Shown piece by piece: positions 1-8,794 of a stretch of DNA of 29,968 nucleotides (positions are counted from its first letter, which is position 1; the number at the start of each line of letters is the position of its first letter). Origin of the DNA: Candidatus Krumholzibacteriia bacterium. Its GTDB lineage: Bacteria > Krumholzibacteriota > Krumholzibacteriia > WVZY01. The stretch lies in contig JBHHVD010000035.1 of the NCBI GenBank assembly GCA_046754105.1, positions 1 to 29,968 on the forward strand. The letters are read 5' to 3'. Below the pieces are notes generated by a model. It did no database searches and had not been told where the DNA came from. It worked only from the letters and a program-made list of their open reading frames with translations. The position numbers were made by a program, and so were the translations under genes.

Positions 1-127
1 TCGGGGCATATTGCATACAACAGACGATTTGTTGCCACGCGGTTCGGGGAACACGGCGGCACGCATAATGCTCTGTGCAAAACAGGGTTAGCAGACAACC
101 TCCCGGTGTCTCCAGGCGGCCTGCCCT

Positions 128-142
128 TGGCATATTTATTGC
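128..142 (+). promoter_or_regulatory. sigma54 (-24/-12) promoter of the signalling cluster
   Basis: TGGCATATTTATTGC matches TGGCA-N6-TTGC with correct GG/GC spacing and ends 45 nt before ATG 188. It lies within the palindrome TTGGCA-N7-TGCCAA (127-145). Confidence 0.65.
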
Positions 143-187
143 CAAAATCGCTGTAATCAACGGACATCGCAGTCCCGGAGAAAATGC

Positions 188-1168
188 ATGTTAACCCCGG
201 AAACCAAGACGTACAGAATCCTGGTCGTCGATGACGAACCACATATAGTCCAGATTCTCAAGTTCACACTGGAGAAGGCGGGCTATCAGGTGTTCACAGC
301 GCCCAACGGCAAAGTGGCCCTGGAACGGATCCCGGAGGTCGGCCCGCACCTGGTTCTTCTGGACCTCATGATGCCGGTGATGGACGGCTATGAGGTTTGT
401 CGCAAAATGCGACAGGACTTCAAGATGAACCAGATTCCGATCATCATGCTCTCCGCCAAGGGCGGTCTGGACGAGCGCGTCAAGGGACTCACCGAGGGAG
501 CCAACGACTATCTGATCAAGCCCTACTCGAACGACGAGCTGCTGCTGCGCGTGAAAAACGTGCTCGACTGGAACATCGCCCAGAAGGAGGCCAACCCGTT
601 GACCGGCCTGCCCGGTAATACCGCGATCGAACGCGAGTTGAAAATTCGCATCAACCGCGGACTGCCGTACGCGTTCCTCTATATCGACATCGACAATTTC
701 AAGGGCCTCAACGACTACTACGGGTACCAGAAAGGAGACGAGATCATCGGTTTTGTAGCGAGCATCCTCTCGAAGACCGTCGAGAAGCTCGGTACCAAGG
801 ATGACTTCATAGGCCACATCGGCGGAGACGACTTCGTAATGGTGACGGACCCAACCCGAGGGGAGTTCATGGCCAAGCAAATCGTCGATGAATACGACAA
901 AGGAGCCCTGTTTCTGCTCAGCGAAGAGGACGTCAAAAGGGGCTATTTCGAGGTGCGCAACCGCCAGGGCGAAATCGCCCGCATGTCACTCATGTCGCTC
1001 ACAGTCGCCCTCGTGATCAGCACGGATAACAAGATCAAGCACTTTGCCGAGATCAACGACATCGCCAGTGATCTGAAGAAATACGGCAAGAACATGAAAG
1101 GCAGCGTTGTTATCAAGGAACGACGGACGGATGGTGTGCCGAATCCACACGTTGTGGACGAGACCTGA
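188..1168 (+). CDS. Response-regulator diguanylate cyclase (REC-GGDEF)
   Basis: REC motifs ILVVDD, LLDLMMP, MLSAK, KP. Linker ANPLTGLPGN. GGDEF motifs DIDNFK..ND.YG..KGD and HIGGDDF. No RxxD I-site (TKDD). Confidence 0.93.
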   Translation: MLTPETKTYRILVVDDEPHIVQILKFTLEKAGYQVFTAPNGKVALERIPEVGPHLVLLDLMMPVMDGYEVCRKMRQDFKMNQIPIIMLSAKGGLDERVKGLTEGANDYLIKPYSNDELLLRVKNVLDWNIAQKEANPLTGLPGNTAIERELKIRINRGLPYAFLYIDIDNFKGLNDYYGYQKGDEIIGFVASILSKTVEKLGTKDDFIGHIGGDDFVMVTDPTRGEFMAKQIVDEYDKGALFLLSEEDVKRGYFEVRNRQGEIARMSLMSLTVALVISTDNKIKHFAEINDIASDLKKYGKNMKGSVVIKERRTDGVPNPHVVDET

Positions 1169-1189
1169 ACGGCAAAAGCCGCGGAGTAA

Positions 1190-2026
1190 TTGAGAATGGA
1201 AATAGACGTCGGAACCGAAAAAAGACAGGCGCTCGAGAGTCTCCTCACCGAGGCAAGGGCGGAAGCGGATGTGCTGAGAAAACGTGTGGAGAAGCTGGAG
1301 AAGATCATTCTGTCCACTCGTCTCCTCATGGGTCATGAAATCAAGAAGCCGACGACGGCGATTACCGGTTTTCTGGAGCTGGCGCTGGACGAACTGGATG
1401 CTGCAGAGCATCTGGACATCGCGGCTTACGTCACGAAGGCGCGCAAGGCCTGTCAGCTGCTGAACGAGCTGAACCAGTTCTTCATCGAACTGCTCGAGGT
1501 GGATGCGCGGCCGGCACTCGTCCAGAGCGGTGAGGTCTCGATCCGGAACTTTGTCGACGAAACGTTGATCAATATCCCGGATAAGCTCGAGGCGAAGAAA
1601 CGCGTAAAGACTCGTATCTCTCCCGACGTCCAGAAGTTCAAGCTGAATCCAGACGCGTTCAAGGTGATTCTCACCAACTTGCTGGAGAACGCTCTGAGTT
1701 ACTCGCCCACGGACAAGCCCGTGATCATCGAGATCCAGCAGGATCAGGAAAAGCGAGGTATCGGCGGGCAGAACCTGCTCAAGCTCAAGGTGATCGATCA
1801 GGGAGAGGGTATCCCCAAGTCCTACATCAAGAAGATTTTCTGGCCTTTCGTGCGACTGCACGACGATGACATCGAGGGCACGGGTCTCGGGCTGACCCTG
1901 GCACGCAGTCTCGTGGAACTCAACGGCGGGCACATTCATGTTCGAAGCACGAAGGACGAAGGGACCACGGTGTACGTGACGCTCCCGGAAATCACCGAAA
2001 GCATGGAGCTTGGGCACAAGCGATGA
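1190..2026 (+). CDS. Small cytoplasmic histidine kinase (HisKA + HATPase, no sensor domain)
   Basis: H-box GHEIKKP, N-box NLLENALSYS, G1 DQGEGIP, F-box IFWPF, G2 GTGLGL. Start is TTG 1190 or ATG 1196 after GGAG. Stop overlaps the next start (ATGA 2023-2026). Confidence 0.9.
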   Translation: MRMEIDVGTEKRQALESLLTEARAEADVLRKRVEKLEKIILSTRLLMGHEIKKPTTAITGFLELALDELDAAEHLDIAAYVTKARKACQLLNELNQFFIELLEVDARPALVQSGEVSIRNFVDETLINIPDKLEAKKRVKTRISPDVQKFKLNPDAFKVILTNLLENALSYSPTDKPVIIEIQQDQEKRGIGGQNLLKLKVIDQGEGIPKSYIKKIFWPFVRLHDDDIEGTGLGLTLARSLVELNGGHIHVRSTKDEGTTVYVTLPEITESMELGHKR

Positions 2027-5000
2027 CCTCCCACGACGGAATAGTGCGCGACGACACGCACGGCGGGGCGGGAACCACGTCGGAGCTGCTCCACTTACGA
2101 ATGGTGGAGTTGTTCTCCTTCTTCATTATCGTCTTTGCAACCGGCCGGATTGCGGGATTCATCTACGAATTGGGTGCGTTCCTGTTCCTCTTCGCGGCAG
2201 CGATCTTCCTCCAGTTCAGCAGCAGGGCGTTGCCGGGAGCACTGGGTCGGACGTTCGGTTGGAGCGAGACCACAACGGACGGTGTCCTGCTGTGGTATTC
2301 GACGCTCCTGGATTTCCTGGCCGTTTTCGGCATCATTTACCTGACGGGGTCCATCGAAAGCCCGTTCCTGTTCCTGTTGGTGATTCCCCTGTTCTTCGCC
2401 AGCCACATCTTTTCTCTCAAGGTAACTGTGGGCCCGTTTCTGGTCGGGACCATAGCAACGGTAAGTACGTTCGGCTACCTGGAACTGATCGGCGTGATCC
2501 CGCATGTCACCTGCTATCCGTTTGAGAACAAAGTTTACCTGGATCGCGATTACTACATGGCATCGTTGCTGGTGCTCGGCGGCTTTTTGTCGCTCATCAT
2601 TTTTCTCTCGCACGCGTTTCAGAACCACTTCCAAAGCTCCATTTCGATGCTGCGCAGGAGGGACAAGGAAACCAAAGACACTATTAACGAACTGTCAAAG
2701 CTCTACGATATCAGCCTGGGAATCAATACCGTCATGACGGTCGAAACACTGCTCAAGATGGTGGCAAAGGAGGCCACCATTCTGCTGTCACAACCGTGGG
2801 CGTCTATCATCCTGTTCAACCAGCAGCAGGAAATCACGCACTCCGCTATCGTGGGAATTCCAGAGAGTTTCCACTCGACCCTGGGATCGAAGATGCGCAA
2901 GGGCGGGCTCACCGAATGGTTGTGGAAGAACAACCGCCCGGTCGTCGTCGAGGACGTGCTGTCCGACAAACGTGCCAGCACCGGCGAGTTCTTGATGGCC
3001 ACGAAGATCAGGTCGCTGATTGGGCTGCCGTTGAGCACCGGACATCAAGTGATCGGCGTCATCTACATAGGCGACTTTGTCGCAAAACATTTTGAACCAC
3101 GGCACGTGCGGCTGCTGGCCATCATGAGCGACCAGCTCGCCATCGCGATTGCCAAGAGCAAGCTGTACGAATCGATACAGCGCAAACTCCAGAACTACGA
3201 AAGCAAAATCGAAAGCCTCGAAAGAACAAATGCCCTCAAATCGGAGTATGTGTCCCACGCGTCGCACGAGCTGCGAACTCCGCTGACGTCGATAAAGGCG
3301 TACATGGAGACACTGCGCAACCACATCGACGATCCGACGTTCACGGAGAAAAAGGACTTTGTGAACATTGTCTCCAAGGAGACCGACAGGCTGATCCGCG
3401 TGGTCAACGACATCCTGGACGTGTCCAACATCGAGTTCGGGCAGAGAGCGCCGCAGCGAGAGCCGTTCCAGATCGAGGACGTCATAACGGAAGTTTCTTC
3501 CATGATGCAGCCGAGGCTTGCGGAGAAGAACATCACGCTAAGAATCGATTTGCCGGGCGACTTGCCCAAGGTCGACGCAGACAAGGACTTGATGACGCAG
3601 GTGTTCATTAATCTCATCACGAACGCTGTCAAGTACTCGCCCGAGGGGACAATGGTGACCGTCCGTGCGAAGGAAGACGCGGTCGATCTCGTCATTTCCG
3701 TCGAAGACCAGGGAATCGGGATTCCTGGCACCGAGGTAGAGAGAATCTTTGACAAGTATTTTCGCGTCAAGTCGGAGCAGTCGAGGCAGTACGACGGGAT
3801 CGGCCTGGGGCTGGCGATCGTCAAGAACATCATCGAGCAGCACGGGGGGACCATTGCTGTTTCGAGCAAGGAGAACGTTGGAAGCAAGTTCACTTTCACG
3901 CTGCCCAAGGAGCACTGCGTGAACGAACTGCTCGGGTACATCGCAGAGGGTGTGGACTCAGAAAGCGGGCTGCACGAGATGCTGACGGTCATCGTGAGGA
4001 TGATCGCCGAGCTGCTGTCCGCCAAGATAGTATCTCTGATGTTGCTCGATCAGAATCGGACGGAGCTGTTCATCAAGGTGTCATACGGCCTGGATGGGTG
4101 GATCGTGGATCAGGCACGCGTGCGGGTTGGTGAGGGGATTGCTGGGAAGGTCGCAGAAACCGGGCTGCCGCTGTTGATCGATAATATAGAGGAGAACGAA
4201 TTCTATAACTCTCCGAACAATCCGCAGTACGAAACCGTGTCGCTGCTGAGTGTGCCTCTCAAGATTGGAGAGGTTATCGTCGGTGTCATAAACGTTAACA
4301 ATAAGACATCGGGGCGGCCGTTCGACCAGGATGACATGAACCTGCTGCTGTCGTTTGCGGAACGGATCGCGAAGGCGCTGGAGCGTCTTCGGGCCGCCGA
4401 AAAGAGCACGTTATACCTCGCCGATACGGTCGAGGCCTTCAAGAAGATGCTGGACAAGCAAATTCGGACCAAGGGAATCGGGAAAATTGTGGACCTGGCG
4501 GTCAAAGTCACGCGCAAGCTCAAGCTGGGCGTCAAGGAAGCGAAGGTCGTCCAATACGTGGCAAGCGTGCATGACATCGGGATGACGCAGATCAGCGACG
4601 AAATACTGAACAAGACTTTCAACCTGACTACGGAAGAGCTTGCGCAGATTCGATCGCACCCGCAGGCGGGGACGGAACTCATCAGGCCGCTGGAGTTTGT
4701 CGAACTGGTCAGCAACATCATTCTTCATCATCACGAGCGTGTCGACGGCCTCGGTTATCCCATGGGACTCAAGGGTGACGAGATTCCGTTTGGTTCGCGG
4801 ATCCTGGCGGTCATCGATACCTATCAGTCCATGACCGGCGAGCGGCCCTACCGCGAGCAGCAAACGCCGGTGGATGCGGCGGGGGAACTGGTCGAGTGCG
4901 CCGGCAAGCAGTTCGACACCGAGGTAGTGGCATGTTTCATTGACGTGCTGAGGGATGAACGAAAACTATCCGACGAGCAGGCGAAGGGTTTCCACAAGGC

Positions 5001-5031
5001 GCTGGAGGAAACGGCGTCGAGTACGTATTGA
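2023..5031 (+). CDS. Membrane sensor kinase with C-terminal GAF + HD-GYP (TM-GAF-HisKA-HATPase-GAF-HD-GYP), paralog A
   Basis: Multi-pass hydrophobic N-terminus; GAF; SHELRTPLTSIKAY; NLITNAVKYS; DQGIGIP; GIGLGL; second GAF (GEGIAGKVA, VINVNNK); HDIG...HHERVDGLGYP...RPYR. Confidence 0.9.
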   Translation: MTSHDGIVRDDTHGGAGTTSELLHLRMVELFSFFIIVFATGRIAGFIYELGAFLFLFAAAIFLQFSSRALPGALGRTFGWSETTTDGVLLWYSTLLDFLAVFGIIYLTGSIESPFLFLLVIPLFFASHIFSLKVTVGPFLVGTIATVSTFGYLELIGVIPHVTCYPFENKVYLDRDYYMASLLVLGGFLSLIIFLSHAFQNHFQSSISMLRRRDKETKDTINELSKLYDISLGINTVMTVETLLKMVAKEATILLSQPWASIILFNQQQEITHSAIVGIPESFHSTLGSKMRKGGLTEWLWKNNRPVVVEDVLSDKRASTGEFLMATKIRSLIGLPLSTGHQVIGVIYIGDFVAKHFEPRHVRLLAIMSDQLAIAIAKSKLYESIQRKLQNYESKIESLERTNALKSEYVSHASHELRTPLTSIKAYMETLRNHIDDPTFTEKKDFVNIVSKETDRLIRVVNDILDVSNIEFGQRAPQREPFQIEDVITEVSSMMQPRLAEKNITLRIDLPGDLPKVDADKDLMTQVFINLITNAVKYSPEGTMVTVRAKEDAVDLVISVEDQGIGIPGTEVERIFDKYFRVKSEQSRQYDGIGLGLAIVKNIIEQHGGTIAVSSKENVGSKFTFTLPKEHCVNELLGYIAEGVDSESGLHEMLTVIVRMIAELLSAKIVSLMLLDQNRTELFIKVSYGLDGWIVDQARVRVGEGIAGKVAETGLPLLIDNIEENEFYNSPNNPQYETVSLLSVPLKIGEVIVGVINVNNKTSGRPFDQDDMNLLLSFAERIAKALERLRAAEKSTLYLADTVEAFKKMLDKQIRTKGIGKIVDLAVKVTRKLKLGVKEAKVVQYVASVHDIGMTQISDEILNKTFNLTTEELAQIRSHPQAGTELIRPLEFVELVSNIILHHHERVDGLGYPMGLKGDEIPFGSRILAVIDTYQSMTGERPYREQQTPVDAAGELVECAGKQFDTEVVACFIDVLRDERKLSDEQAKGFHKALEETASSTY

Positions 5032-5040
5032 CGGGGATCG

Positions 5041-8000
5041 ATGATGGACCTGTTGACGCAAAGCATAATGACGACGGGCGGCGCCGACACCGCCTATATC
5101 ATCACGACGGCCATCCTGGGCGTTTTTGTGGTTTTCGCCGTGTGGCGGGGAAGGGTGATGACGGGTGAAGGAGTCGTCGTGCCGCTGTATTTCGCGCTGC
5201 TTGCGTTCGTCGTCAGCAGGATTATGATACTCGATTCGTACCTGTCTCCCCTCGGCGTGGGCCCGAGGGATCACCTGTTGTTCACCGGGCTGTGTCTGGC
5301 GAGTTTCTACGTGCTCAACCGGACCCTGCGCAGGCTGGTCTGGTTCGAGGTTGGGACCCCGCGTTCGGCCGAGGACACCCCTGCGATACCAGAGGCACGG
5401 GGATCGACCCAATTCCTGAAACACTCGTCCTATTTCGCCGCGTTTGCCGCGTTCGTTTATCTCCTCAAGTCTCCTCCGATCGCGCTGGCCGCGTTCACAG
5501 TCAACCTTGTGAATTACTCGCTGGTTGCGGCCACGATTCCGATGGTTACGTTCGTGTTTGTCTGGATCGGCCGCGTTCCTCGCTCGCTCAAGGGATGCGT
5601 GTTTGCCAGCGTCAGCCTCTTCACGGCGTCGTGGGCGCTGTTCGAAATCGCGATGCTGTCGGGGGCGGAATGGAGTCCGTGGGCCATCGCCACCGCCCGT
5701 ATGGGAGACATCATAGGCCTGTTTATTCTGCTTGTGACGCTCGTTTCCAACTACGTTCGCCTCGGAGTGTTCTACCAGGCACTCGCGGCGAAGAACAAGG
5801 TCGATATGAACCAGGCGAAGGGTGAGCTGGCGAAACTCAACGAAATTGCGGCCAATATGTACGAGGACAGCGCGGCCCTGATTAAGAAGCAGAAAGAGCA
5901 AACACTGGTCTACGTCCGCAAGGTCGAGAGTCTCGAGAAGATCCTGCGCATCGGCATCTTGATCCAACAGCGGCACCGCCTCGACGAGCTCCTGCAAATG
6001 GTCGTAGAACTCGTGAGGGATAACCTGGGATTCAAGACGGTGACGTTGCGGTTGTTCAACCAGAAAGCACAGACATTTGAAACCAGCGCGCACGTAGGGT
6101 TGAGTGACGAGACCAGGGACACGGTTGCGAACTATCGCATTCCCCTGGCGGAGTACAGGAAGATGATCGAGCCCCGGTTCAGAATCAGTAACAGCTATTT
6201 CATCCGGCACAACACATCATGGTACGGAGATGAGCTCGAAGGACAGGAGTCGATGCTGGTCGAGGACACGTGGGACGAGATAGACATGCTGCTCACGCCG
6301 CTGGTGGGCGAAGGTGAGGAGCCGATCGGATACTTGTCGGTGGAGAACCCGGCGACGCCTACGCTCGAGGTCGCCGACGTAATCGAAAGCCTCGAGAACA
6401 TCGCGGCGCTGGCTGTAACGACGATACGCAACGCCCGGTTCCTGAAGGAGCTGGAGAGCAAGAATCACAAGCTGCGTGTGTACGCGGACAAGCTGGCCGG
6501 CCTCAACAAGCTCAAGTCGAATTTTGTCGCTACCATTTCGCACGAGTTCCGGACACCGCTGACATCGATAAAAGCTTATTGCGACACCCTGCTCGCGAAC
6601 GTGAACAAAGTGAATCGGGACTTGCTCAGACAGTTTCTGGTCGTGATCGATGAAGAGAGCGGCCGATTGATGACGTTGATCGAGGATATTCTGGATTTCT
6701 CGCAGATGGAATCCGGGGCGCTGCGTTTCGAAAGAGCGCCGTGCAACCTGACAGAACTTTCGGCGTCCGCCGCCAGGGAACTGGAAAAGAATTATGAGAG
6801 CAAGGGACTGACGCTACATCGGAAAATGCCGGCGGAGGACGTCATGGTGCAGGGGGACCGCGGGCTGCTCAAACAGATGATGGTCAACCTCCTGCATAAC
6901 GCCTCCAAGTTCACCAAGCAGAGGGGAGGCGTGTGGCTCACGGTCGAGGACACCACCGCATCGGTACGCATCGCCGTCGAGGATGAGGGTATCGGCATTC
7001 CCGACGATCAACTGGAAAAGATCTTCGAGCAGTTTCACCAGGTTGACAGCTCGAACACGAGGAAGCACGGCGGGTCGGGTTTGGGTCTGGCGATTTGCAA
7101 GAACATTACCGAGTGGCACGAGGGACGAATCTGGGTGGAGAACCTCCCCGGACGCGGGGCTCGATTCGTCGTGGTCCTTCCGAAGAAACAGGCCGTCGTG
7201 AGAAGTCACGTGATCCGTACGCACAGCGCCGTTCGTCGCTTCGAGGTGGAACGGCTGCTCGAACTGCTCGTGGATAACATCGCGGAGTTTATGCAGGTCC
7301 GCAAGACGTCAATCATGCTGTTGGACAGGAAAACCAAGGAACTTCGCATCGAGTGCGCCCTGGGTCTCGACGAAAACATCGTGGAAAGCGCCCGGGTCAA
7401 GCTGGGCGAGGGGATCTCCGGAAGGGTGGCGAAGGACGCTCGGACGCTTCTGGTTACCGATATCGAGGCGGACGAACGTGTGTCCAGAAGCAACAACGAA
7501 ATGTTGTATGGATCGAGGTCTTTCTTGTCTGTTCCCATTCTGAGTAACGGTGAGGTGACCGGCGTCGTGAACGTTGCGAGCCCCATCTACAAACCGGTGC
7601 TCGAGGAAACGGACGGCCGCTTGCTGGAAATGCTCGTCGAACGCGTGTCAACCGCTATCGACAAGCTGAAGGATTTTACCAGGGTATCGGGGCGGTACGA
7701 GCAGGTTCGCGAGACCTTTAAGGCGATACTCGACTCCAAGAGATTCATCGATTCGGCAGACGAAGAGTTGATGATACAGATCGCGACAAAAACCGCTCAA
7801 AAACTCGGGCTCGACCAGGATGAGGTGGCCAAATTGAAGTACGCGATGCACGTGTACGACCTCGGTTTGTCCAAAATCGGCTACCATATCATCAAGAAGC
7901 CCACCGACTTGCTGCCCAACGACCGCAAGGAAATCGAACGTCACACGAACCTTGGAACCAAGATGCTATCGGTGTTGGAGAGTGACCCCGATGTGAGGAA

Positions 8001-8307
8001 CGTCGTTCTCTACCATCACGAGAACTTTGACGGCAGCGGTTACCCCGGACAGCTCAAGGGCGAAGCGATTCCGATCGAGGCCCGAATCGTGCGAGTAACT
8101 GATTCGCTCCGAGCACTGATTTCCCGGCGGCCCTATCAGAGGCAGTATTCGCTGACCGAGGCCATGGACGTAATCAAGCACCGGGCGGGGGTCTACTTCG
8201 ACCCGGAGGTAGTGGACGTTTGTGTCGAGGTAATGAAGGAGTTTGAAAACACACCGGTCCAGGACGAATCGGAGATTCCGGACGACGTAACCATCGAGGA
8301 CCGGTGA
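5041..8307 (+). CDS. Membrane sensor kinase with C-terminal GAF + degenerate HD-GYP, paralog B
   Basis: About 7-8 hydrophobic segments; GAF (RISNSYFI..W...D.LLTPL..GYLSV); SHEFRTPLTSIKAY; NLLHNASKFT; DEGIGIP; GSGLGL; GAF; YDLG...HHENFDGSGYP...RPYQ. Confidence 0.9.
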   Translation: MMDLLTQSIMTTGGADTAYIITTAILGVFVVFAVWRGRVMTGEGVVVPLYFALLAFVVSRIMILDSYLSPLGVGPRDHLLFTGLCLASFYVLNRTLRRLVWFEVGTPRSAEDTPAIPEARGSTQFLKHSSYFAAFAAFVYLLKSPPIALAAFTVNLVNYSLVAATIPMVTFVFVWIGRVPRSLKGCVFASVSLFTASWALFEIAMLSGAEWSPWAIATARMGDIIGLFILLVTLVSNYVRLGVFYQALAAKNKVDMNQAKGELAKLNEIAANMYEDSAALIKKQKEQTLVYVRKVESLEKILRIGILIQQRHRLDELLQMVVELVRDNLGFKTVTLRLFNQKAQTFETSAHVGLSDETRDTVANYRIPLAEYRKMIEPRFRISNSYFIRHNTSWYGDELEGQESMLVEDTWDEIDMLLTPLVGEGEEPIGYLSVENPATPTLEVADVIESLENIAALAVTTIRNARFLKELESKNHKLRVYADKLAGLNKLKSNFVATISHEFRTPLTSIKAYCDTLLANVNKVNRDLLRQFLVVIDEESGRLMTLIEDILDFSQMESGALRFERAPCNLTELSASAARELEKNYESKGLTLHRKMPAEDVMVQGDRGLLKQMMVNLLHNASKFTKQRGGVWLTVEDTTASVRIAVEDEGIGIPDDQLEKIFEQFHQVDSSNTRKHGGSGLGLAICKNITEWHEGRIWVENLPGRGARFVVVLPKKQAVVRSHVIRTHSAVRRFEVERLLELLVDNIAEFMQVRKTSIMLLDRKTKELRIECALGLDENIVESARVKLGEGISGRVAKDARTLLVTDIEADERVSRSNNEMLYGSRSFLSVPILSNGEVTGVVNVASPIYKPVLEETDGRLLEMLVERVSTAIDKLKDFTRVSGRYEQVRETFKAILDSKRFIDSADEELMIQIATKTAQKLGLDQDEVAKLKYAMHVYDLGLSKIGYHIIKKPTDLLPNDRKEIERHTNLGTKMLSVLESDPDVRNVVLYHHENFDGSGYPGQLKGEAIPIEARIVRVTDSLRALISRRPYQRQYSLTEAMDVIKHRAGVYFDPEVVDVCVEVMKEFENTPVQDESEIPDDVTIEDR

Positions 8308-8338
8308 CAGGACTGAATTCCCCAGGGAGAGGGTATCG

Positions 8339-8716
8339 ATGCACAAAGGAAAGATACTTGTAGTAGACGACGAAGTTTACATTCTGCATATCCTCGAGTT
8401 CAGCCTTGGTGCGGAAGGTTTCGAGGTCATATCCGCAAGCAACGGAGAACTCGCCGTTGAAAAGGCGAAGCAGGAAAGACCCAACCTGATCGTTCTCGAC
8501 ATCATGATGCCGGTGCTCGACGGGTACGAGACTTGTCGCAGGTTGAAACAGGAGCCGGAAACCAAGGATATCCCCGTGGTTCTCCTGACGGCGAAGGGCC
8601 GCGACGTCGATAAGCGGTTGGGCTTCGAAGTGGGGGCCGTTGACTACGTCGTGAAACCGTTCAGTCCCAGCCGGCTCATCGAACGAATCGAGGAGATAAT
8701 CGGAGTAAAAAAGTAG
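8339..8716 (+). CDS. Single-domain response regulator (REC only)
   Basis: ILVVDD, VLDIMMP, LLTAK, KPF; 125 aa with no output domain; GGAGAGG upstream. Confidence 0.93.
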   Translation: MHKGKILVVDDEVYILHILEFSLGAEGFEVISASNGELAVEKAKQERPNLIVLDIMMPVLDGYETCRRLKQEPETKDIPVVLLTAKGRDVDKRLGFEVGAVDYVVKPFSPSRLIERIEEIIGVKK

Positions 8717-8758
8717 AAATGAAAGCTGATGTGACAATATGCGAGTGTCTTGATCTCC

Positions 8759-8787
8759 TTGCCTCACGTCTTCGCGATGGCTATAAT
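8759..8787 (+). promoter_or_regulatory. sigma70 promoter of priA
   Basis: TTGCCT (8759-64), 17-nt spacer, TATAAT (8782-87). Confidence 0.65.
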
Positions 8788-8794
8788 CGACGCG

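Noticed and set aside
680..840. Hypr-type (3',3'-cGAMP-making) GGDEF
   Set aside because: The specificity position in ND.YG..KG[D] is Asp, not the Ser/Thr of GacA-type enzymes, so c-di-GMP is expected.
4966..6210. Long antisense or alternate-frame ORFs (also 986-2017, 17761-19005, 18105-19052, 19760-20929, 26080-27150, 28711-29712)
   Set aside because: They shadow well-supported genes, have no recognisable motifs, and are expected in high-GC coding DNA.
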